Shown here: positions 37,015 through 43,459 of the stretch, one piece after another
How positions within the stretch are numbered: position 1 is the stretch's first letter
Layout: every line of letters starts with the position of its first letter
Notes under the pieces: model-generated
What the model saw: only the letters and a program-made list of their open reading frames with translations
Told to the model about the DNA's origin: nothing
The model's database searches: none
Assembly (NCBI GenBank): GCA_032718475.1
Contig: JAUCBJ010005564.1
Coordinates: forward strand, 1-43,459
DNA: 43,459 nucleotides
Reading direction: 5' to 3'
DNA from: Nemertoderma westbladi
Lineage: Eukaryota; Animalia; Xenacoelomorpha
Made by a program: the position numbers and the translations under genes

Positions 37015-37335
37015 ATGTATAATGTTATTTTTGTTGCTTTTCAATATTATAGGATAGACAATAAGGAATATCCGATAGTATTTAAAGAATTTGCTATATT
37101 TGATTCAAAATACAGTAAAACTAATATAAAGACATTTTTAATTAAAGCACCGCCAAATATTAACTTATCGGCATTAGGTATAGCCTATATAAACAATTTA
37201 CGCGATATGACATCACATTTACCATGGAATTACGGTGATATTTCGCCAGATGATTTCATAAAGAACATGAAGAAGCATTTAAAAAATAAATATAATATAT
37301 ATTATGTATTCGGGTTGATGAAAGTAAATTATTAA
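37015..37335 (+). pseudogene. Polinton accessory DnaQ/DEDD-like ORF (type also seen in bracoviruses), truncated
   Basis: VFKEFAI...FLIKAPP...HLPWNYGD...YYVFG-x2-K pattern; the first acidic catalytic position appears to be A. Confidence 0.5.
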
Positions 37336-37513
37336 GTATATTATTAAATTATAATATTTTTATAAATAATTTTTTAAATTTATTATAAATAAAATATATT
37401 AAATACCCAACTTGGTGTTTAAGCTCCAAAATCGATGAAGTTAGAATATTAAATACCCAACTTGGTGTTTAAGCTCCAAAATCGATGGACAAATTGGGAA
37501 TATATCAACTATA

Positions 37514-38870
37514 TTACAATATATCTACATTGAAAATATGACACTCTTCCTTACTCGGATCATAAATATCACTATCTGGTATATTTGATTCTATGTAATG
37601 CTTTCGACAGAATGAAACCCCACCTCTAATGGATGCTTCAAAATCTCTGTAAGCTTGGTAATCTTTTATTAATTTTAGTTTACATCTATTATATTTCAGG
37701 GCGCAATCATAAGTGAATGCTGCGATACTGCAATAGTAAACTACTTCTAATTCATAGTTTTGTCTACATACTCTCCTAAAGTTCTCAAATATATCAGCGA
37801 GGAGACAAACATCGAGTTTTAAGTATGCTAAAAGATAATCCTTAAGATTCGAGCAGTCAAATTGACTCCATGATGTGTTAGCAAAACTATAATCCTCGGG
37901 TGTACAGGTACTTTGTGTTAAGTTACTAAAAAATTTGTCTATCGATGGTAATTTCGAATTGTTTAATTTATTTAAATCTGTCAGGTACTCGTAGGGAAAT
38001 ATACCTTTTTGTTTAATTGTTGCATTATTTAAATTCGGATAAAAATATTTAATTTGCTGTACAGTAATTGGTAGAACTGATGTTATATCCTCATTGTCTA
38101 TATCTTTTGTTGAACAATCAACTAAGTTACTTAAAGAAAAGGTTAAAAATTGATATGTGTCTAAGACACATAACTCGATTTTCGTTTTTTGGTCTTTCAC
38201 CGGTATATGAATACTCAGTGAAATACACCTCTCTGTATTTTTAGGGATTACCTTTAAATCCCAATCGGAATATTTGTTATTACAAAACCCAACTTGCAAA
38301 AGAAAATGCAAATCGTAGTGTAGTGATTGTAGTTATGTGCGGCGAGTATATACATGTGACGTTTCAATGATAAAGAGTGGTTACATGCGTTACAAGTGGC
38401 TGCTATATAGTTACCAGTAATATGTGAGTGATGTTTGTTTTTCTCAGACTTATCCTTAAATGAAACATCGCAATAAAAACAAGTTTTAGTCATCCCAAAA
38501 CTTAACTCATCTAGATCATTTAGTATCATTTTTTCATGTCTATGAGCTTCTGACCACTTATATAATTGGATAATATCATTATGTAGAGAGTCTAAAAAGT
38601 CTTGAATACAGTTATTATCATCCGTCATCATCTGTCATCAACCATCATTTTGCAAATAAAATTTTGGTGGATAGATTAATTCATTACTAGGGACAACTAA
38701 ATAACTTACGGTGCACGGAATATGCTTCTGACTAAATTTACTGTTGCAGACTGGCTCCAAAATAGATTCTATGTCAAAATATATTACAAACAATGCTGGT
38801 AATGTTCTGTCTAAATTGCTAAAGCTAATGTGAGTTCTTTTTTCAGATGGTAGCTTCTCAACTTGACTCG
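37514..38870 (-). pseudogene. Protein-primed family B DNA polymerase fragment with EndoVII/HNH-like insertion; frameshifted, 3'-truncated and 5'-interrupted
   Basis: FVIYFDIES (ExoI, ~38765-38790), C-x2-C...HHSHITGNYIAATCNACN, AHNY-x2-YD (frameshift ~38315), KGIFPYEY, YLKLDVCLLADIFENFR, IRGGVS; stops at polymerase motif A. Confidence 0.9.
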
Positions 38871-38875
38871 AACCT

Positions 38876-39435
38876 TGATAACAAGCAAGGCGGTTGTGAC
38901 GGGATCCAGGAGGGATCCCGATTTATCCGGTGTGGTAATTTAGTCCACGCGTCCCCGCCGTGTATAAGGATGAAAGAAAGTAACTGAGTTCTGAAGTTCG
39001 GTGTATAATAATAATAGGGCATAGGATATAGATATAGATATAATGTGTACAAGGCGGGATACGGTAACTAAAGTCCCGTGATCCCCTAACTAAACTAATT
39101 GACTACCAACCTACGCTAGCACTGCTGCACTGAGATAACTGAATCACTGATTAATAGGTTATTGGTTATATTGCACGGTGGCCTTATTGCTACTCAATCG
39201 ATGCCTTTCCCCCCTCTGATTGGCTAATACCCTTGTTGGCGCCCTCTGAAGTGTTCCCGTTCACTCCACCTATTTCCTCTGGGTTAGGGGTTTGGCCCCT
39301 GACCCTTGTTGTGTGGTTCTCCTTCCCATTCTCATTGGGATGGCACGAATTGGTTATCACCCAATCTCGTGGCTCCCAATATTGCTTATCGGCTTATAAC
39401 TTTATGGGGTGTTGGCGGGATTGAATAAGCTAACA
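38876..39435 (-). repeat. Putative 3' LTR (~560 bp, TG...CA)
   Basis: Begins TGTTAGC directly after the PPT; ends ...GTTATCA at 38876 (alternative ...GAGTCA at 38864), where the PolB frame resumes. The partner LTR is not visible. Confidence 0.68.
39137..39226 (-). promoter_or_regulatory. Pol II core promoter in the LTR (CCAAT, TATA, Inr)
   Basis: On minus: AGCCAATCA (~39225-39217), TATAA starting at 39170, and TCAGTT with its A at 39140, exactly 30 nt after the TATA start. Confidence 0.6.
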
Positions 39436-40149
39436 CTCCCCCCCATGCTATCTTCCCGGTAAGAAGATAGCATCAACCAAAAAAGTGCGTTACAATCCCG
39501 CTGGATCCCGATCTAGTATCGGGTGTGGGGTGGAATTCTTTTCTCTAGGAGCCGGCTTTCCAGACCGCCCCTTATGGGTATGATAACGCTACCCTGTGTA
39601 CCTGGCGTCTCATGTCGGGCCGATCGCGCTCACCTCTTCACGCGACTTTTGTTTCCCCAACACTTTCGCCCTATCTCCCCTCCACTCTCACCCTAACTCT
39701 CTCATACCCCCGGACCTCCTCGTCCCTCACTCAGCCTCTTATTCTCCCCCCCCCACACTAGAATTGCGTTCGCACTCTCTTGGCACTTCGCACTCTTACT
39801 CCGATCCTCAACTCCACTTTGACTATTTTTATCTCTCCTGACGAACCTCCCCCCCCTCTCGTGCCGTCGCACTCAAGAAGCGTGAAATTGTCAGTTGTCT
39901 CGTCCATAGTGCCATAGTCAGTTATCCCCCAGTCCCAGTAGCTAATTGAGAAAGGTTGTATGACTATAGTACTTACTCCAAACGTATGTATTTTACTAGA
40001 TTACTAATTACTACGTACGTACATACAAATTGCACTTATATGATTATTTGCATTAATTGAATTTGTACTTAATAGTTCGTACATCCCGCGCGGCGCCTGC
40101 CAGGCGTACCACGTCTAAGTCCCAGTCTCTCTCCCTCGACTCTGGGAAC

Positions 40150-41415
40150 CTATCTGTTCCTCCGGGGGTAGTTCCCCCTGGCGTCCTCTTCCCTGGGCCG
40201 TTTCTTGGTTATCACCGTTCCTCTGGCATCATCCGCTTTCTGCTTTCGGACCTTCGCCGCCACTTCCTTGCTAATCCCGGTCGTTGGCTCCTTGGGCGCT
40301 GGTATTATTAGTGCCCGATATCGCTTCGCCGGTGGCCCCTCAGAATGGCCCGGTTGTCTCCCTCTAGTGGCGTCCCATAGGATCATTTTCATTGCCTTTG
40401 GTACGTGCTCCGCCAAGAAATCCCTAAACTCCCTTCGGTTCTCTGGCGTCCACCTGTCCAGATACCTTTGCGTGTTCATCACTCCAGCGTACGACGCCGC
40501 CGTTGCTACCTCTTGATAGGTAAACGGTAACCTTCGCTTTATGATTTCCATGTGGGTCTCCTGGTTTATAAGGAAGAAACCCCACTTGAACTCTTGGGCC
40601 TTCATGCGCTGGCGCGTCATGGCCCCGACGTCGGCCCACTCCTCGAATCTTGTGAACTTCTCCTCGTCGCTCATCCAGTCGCACTCGCGCCCGTAGTGTC
40701 CCCGAAAGTGGCACTTTGGACATCGGTTATGCAACCGTGGACACGCCCCCATCCTGTGACTTGGTTCTCTGCAGTAGAGACAAAAGGTTCCCTTTTGGAA
40801 CCGGTATAGGCAGCTGCCCTCCCGATGGGTCCGTCTCCCACAGTAGTCGCAGCCGAGTACCAATGTCTCCCGTCCCACCTCGTCTTTCGTCCCAAGCGAT
40901 CTCCGCGGTCTGTGGAGTCGCTGGTAGGCGAACTTCTCTACGTTGGTCTCCCTGTTTACGCCGATCTCTCCGCCCCTCTCGGGCATCGTCTCCCCGAATA
41001 CTATCCGTGGTGCCGTCCCCGGTTGCTCGCCCAACCTGATGGTGCTCCCCGCGAAATCCACCGCCGGCTCCTCGTGCACCCAGGTCCGCTTGCCGGATCT
41101 GTTCCAGAAGGCCCTCGCCCCACTGGCCGTCACCACCCTTCCGCCAACCCAGTCCGTGTCCGAGTGGCCTATCCTCTCGATGGGCGGCATCTCTCCGAAC
41201 TCGTCGTCGTCGTCCTCCTCTTCTGGTAGTGTCTCTAATCCCGGTATCCCGATGGATCCACTATGTCCCTTCCCGCCTTGGCTCTCGCCCGTAGCTCTCC
41301 ATCCCTCTAGCTCCATTAGCTTCCTTGGCAGTTGGTCGCCCTCGGCGCCCGCTGGTATGGGCATCGTTTGCAACCCCGACGTCGACTGTTTCGGCGATCC
41401 CACCATCCATCCCAA
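40150..41415 (-). CDS. Retroelement ORF with acidic tract and three CCHC zinc knuckles; probably the C-terminal half of the upstream ORF
   Basis: CDYCGRRTHREGSC, CLYCREPSHRMGAC and CPKCHFRGHYGREC are all exact C-x2-C-x4-H-x4-C; basic C-terminus; frame open from 41535. Confidence 0.75.
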   Translation of the reverse strand: MGWMVGSPKQSTSGLQTMPIPAGAEGDQLPRKLMELEGWRATGESQGGKGHSGSIGIPGLETLPEEEDDDDEFGEMPPIERIGHSDTDWVGGRVVTASGARAFWNRSGKRTWVHEEPAVDFAGSTIRLGEQPGTAPRIVFGETMPERGGEIGVNRETNVEKFAYQRLHRPRRSLGTKDEVGRETLVLGCDYCGRRTHREGSCLYRFQKGTFCLYCREPSHRMGACPRLHNRCPKCHFRGHYGRECDWMSDEEKFTRFEEWADVGAMTRQRMKAQEFKWGFFLINQETHMEIIKRRLPFTYQEVATAASYAGVMNTQRYLDRWTPENRREFRDFLAEHVPKAMKMILWDATRGRQPGHSEGPPAKRYRALIIPAPKEPTTGISKEVAAKVRKQKADDARGTVITKKRPREEDARGNYPRRNR

Positions 41416-42700
41416 TTCTCGCCCTAGAGACTCCCCCGAACTCCCTGACGAAGTCCAATGAAGTTCGTCTAGGCCCGCCTGTTCCTCGAAGCCGTAACTC
41501 TGTGCCCTGGCCTCCTCTATCCCTCTCCTCTGCTTCTATCCTCTCCCGTCTAGCGACTTCTTCCAGTCGCTTTGCTTCTCGTCTGTCCGCCTCTAGCTGC
41601 TCCCATCTCTGATACGGTGTATCTGTCTCCCCGTCTACCAGATGTCGGCTGTTGTAGTACACCGACTCGCCCTTCAGCCCCGGGTGGTCTACCAGACCGT
41701 CAAAGGCCACTTTAAAGGCTCTCCTGTAGCTTAGGGGTGATCCCGATAACAGAAATGCTCCTGGTTCCCTCTCGATGACTACGGTCATAAATAAGTTAAG
41801 CAAACTTATCATAATCCAGTCTTCCTGCAAGATATATCGCTTCTGATATACCTTTATCGCTCCTCTGCGAAATTGATATGCCTCCTGCTTTCCCGGTCTC
41901 GCTCCCCACTTTAGCGAGTTCGCTAGTTCTGCTCCGTATTCTTCCCTAAACTTCCCCCAGTCCATCGGTTTGTGACATACGAGCCCCAATAGTTGGCCCA
42001 TTGCCACTGCCCCGCATAGACCTGTGTTTTCGACTAGCCCCAACCCATCCGGTGCCGTCATAGCCATAAAGACCTTCTGCATATCCAGGAGGTTGGTGGC
42101 GTCCGGACCGATGATCCTTTCCGCATCCTCGCGAATCGCCGATCCCACTTTCGTCGTCGACTTCTCTCTTACCAAGACTTGTACCGCTTTCGGTAACCGG
42201 CTCAGTTTCGGCCCGTCCTTCTTCCCATACGTCCCTAAATCGAATAGGAAGATATCCCCATTTGGCGCGGCCAAATGTAGGAGTATGGTCCTGGCCGACC
42301 CCGCTGATCCTCGTCTCGAACCCGCCTCGTCTTCCACGGTTCCCTCGTCATCTAGGATCATATATCCTCCCCTGTTGACGGACTCTATGAACCTCTTCCA
42401 GTCCTTCCTCGGTGATTCCCTCGGATACTTCGGAATCCCGAACTTCGCCTCGTCCCCTTTCACCACGTAGTGGAAGTGTTGGAAGATCGCGTTGTCCAGC
42501 GACGGCGTTCCGTAGGTCCCGACCAGCCGCTGCTCGTGCATCTCCCGGAAGTGGTCCTGCAGCGCTCGTGCCGCGTGACCCCTTTCCAACTTCTCGTAGT
42601 ATCCTCTCGTCTTCTCTTCCAGGTGTCTTTCGGTGAAATCCACCAGTATTTCTTTTCCTCCTGACTCCGCCTTCCTCTTCCTGATCAACTTACTCGCCAT
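41261..42700 (-). CDS. Retroelement ORF with DEDDy 3'-5' exonuclease domain (RNase D/WRN/EXD-like) and coiled coil
   Basis: ATG at 42700 (MASKLIRKRK, NLS-like). ILDDEG (ExoI), LLHLAAPNGDIFLFDL, LPKAV-x2-LV...KVGSAIRED (ExoII), NLLDMQ, LLGLVCHK-x2-DW, QKRYILQED (ExoIII-like). Confidence 0.75.
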   Translation of the reverse strand: MASKLIRKRKAESGGKEILVDFTERHLEEKTRGYYEKLERGHAARALQDHFREMHEQRLVGTYGTPSLDNAIFQHFHYVVKGDEAKFGIPKYPRESPRKDWKRFIESVNRGGYMILDDEGTVEDEAGSRRGSAGSARTILLHLAAPNGDIFLFDLGTYGKKDGPKLSRLPKAVQVLVREKSTTKVGSAIREDAERIIGPDATNLLDMQKVFMAMTAPDGLGLVENTGLCGAVAMGQLLGLVCHKPMDWGKFREEYGAELANSLKWGARPGKQEAYQFRRGAIKVYQKRYILQEDWIMISLLNLFMTVVIEREPGAFLLSGSPLSYRRAFKVAFDGLVDHPGLKGESVYYNSRHLVDGETDTPYQRWEQLEADRREAKRLEEVARRERIEAEERDRGGQGTELRLRGTGGPRRTSLDFVREFGGVSRARIGMDGGIAETVDVGVANDAHTSGRRGRPTAKEANGARGMESYGREPRREGT

Positions 42701-43185
42701 TCCGAACACTACACTCGCTCACCTGCAGGGTGGTGCCTTACCAAGGCGCAATACAGATGAGTGATGTATTAAGATGTTTCGTACGGTTCGATAATGGCCT
42801 ACTTTCTACTTAATTGCGCCTTTTAGCCTAAATTTAACCTAATTAATTTTGAAGCTAGTAAATGAGCCTAATTTACAATTTCTGTCCGTTACTTTTATTA
42901 TGTTCTAGAACGACTTCCCTTGTGTTGCCACTATTTCTAACTTTCAGCCCTATTCTATTTATTTTAATTCTACTGTCCTACTACCTATTACTGCCTATGG
43001 ATTATTCTATTCTCTAATCCATATTCTGGCCTACTTTGTGGGCCTATGCAGTACAGCAGTATACGTCGTGTGGCCACACGATTTACCCAGCTGTACTCAT
43101 ATGCCCCCCTCTCGCTACTAACTCTACTTACTGCTAACTAATATCTATATCCTATTTACCCCTTTTACCTCTTACTCTCTCTCTT

Positions 43186-43459
43186 CTAACTAATGGTACT
43201 ACGTACCCTCTAACTCTAACTAACGGTACTACGTACCCTCTAACTCTAACTCTAACTAGCGGTACTACGTACCCTCTAACTCTAACTCTAACTAGCGGTA
43301 CCACATACCCTCTAACTCTAACTCTAACTGGTGGTACTACGTACCCTCTAACTCTAACTCTAACTAGCGGTACTACGTACCCTCTAACTCTAGGTACTAC
43401 GTACCTACTAACTCTCTAACTCTAGGTACTACGTACCTACTAACTAACTAACTCTAGGT
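43186..43459. repeat. Tandem array (24-36 bp) of a GGTAC-TAC-GTACC hairpin plus (CTCTAA)n, running off the window
   Basis: GGTACTACGTACC at 43195, 43225, 43261, 43297 (variant), 43333, 43369, 43393 and 43424, separated by 1-3 CTCTAA units. Confidence 0.9.

Larger units (their letters stand above)
30693..38875. mobile_element. Decayed Polinton/Maverick (adintovirus-like) element; ends not defined, left end may reach ~29260
   Basis: Cluster of packaging ATPase, rve integrase with chromodomain, minor and major capsid remnants and protein-primed PolB; many stops and frameshifts; very AT-rich and intronless. Confidence 0.92.
38876..43459 (-). mobile_element. 3' part of an LTR retroelement (probably Gypsy-like) inserted in the Polinton PolB
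   Basis: On minus: accessory ORFs, purine-rich 3' UTR, PPT TGGGGGGGAG (39445-39436), then TGTTAG starting an LTR; abrupt rise in GC content. No gag-pol or second LTR inside the window. Confidence 0.72.

Noticed and set aside
40150-41415. Canonical gag gene
   Set aside because: It has knuckles, but I recognise no capsid domain and no protease/pol follows; it sits directly before the PPT and LTR. A non-autonomous element cannot be fully excluded.
40057-42664. Plus-strand ORFs over the retroelement genes
   Set aside because: Antisense shadows of GC-rich coding sequence with no motifs.
43186-43459. True telomere at the window end
   Set aside because: CTCTAA occurs only in runs of 1-3 interrupted by hairpin units, and the C-rich strand orientation is wrong for a right-hand chromosome end.

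Overview
Eukaryotic, AT-rich, spliceosomal-intron genomic DNA, most likely from an invertebrate animal. The left ~26 kb holds four host genes. These are an intronless glutaminyl cyclase (QPCT/QPCTL-like, +), a six-exon divergent Fizzy-related/Cdh1 APC/C activator (+), and two adjacent mitochondrial complex I assembly genes on the minus strand (two-exon FOXRED1, intronless NUBPL). Several minisatellites and a fold-back element are interspersed. One minisatellite is a ~38-fold amplification of the fzr exon-3/intron boundary itself. From ~30.7 to 38.9 kb lies a decayed Polinton/Maverick (adintovirus-like) element with RING-like ORF, packaging ATPase, integrase-chromodomain, minor capsid, truncated major capsid, DEDD-like ORF and protein-primed PolB. 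Its PolB is interrupted by a younger LTR retroelement (minus strand; 3' LTR and PPT visible, rest runs off the window). In the env position this element encodes a DEDDy 3'-5' exonuclease followed, in a shifted frame, by three CCHC zinc knuckles. That module is the most unusual item in the window. All family calls come from motif recognition by eye; no searches were run.
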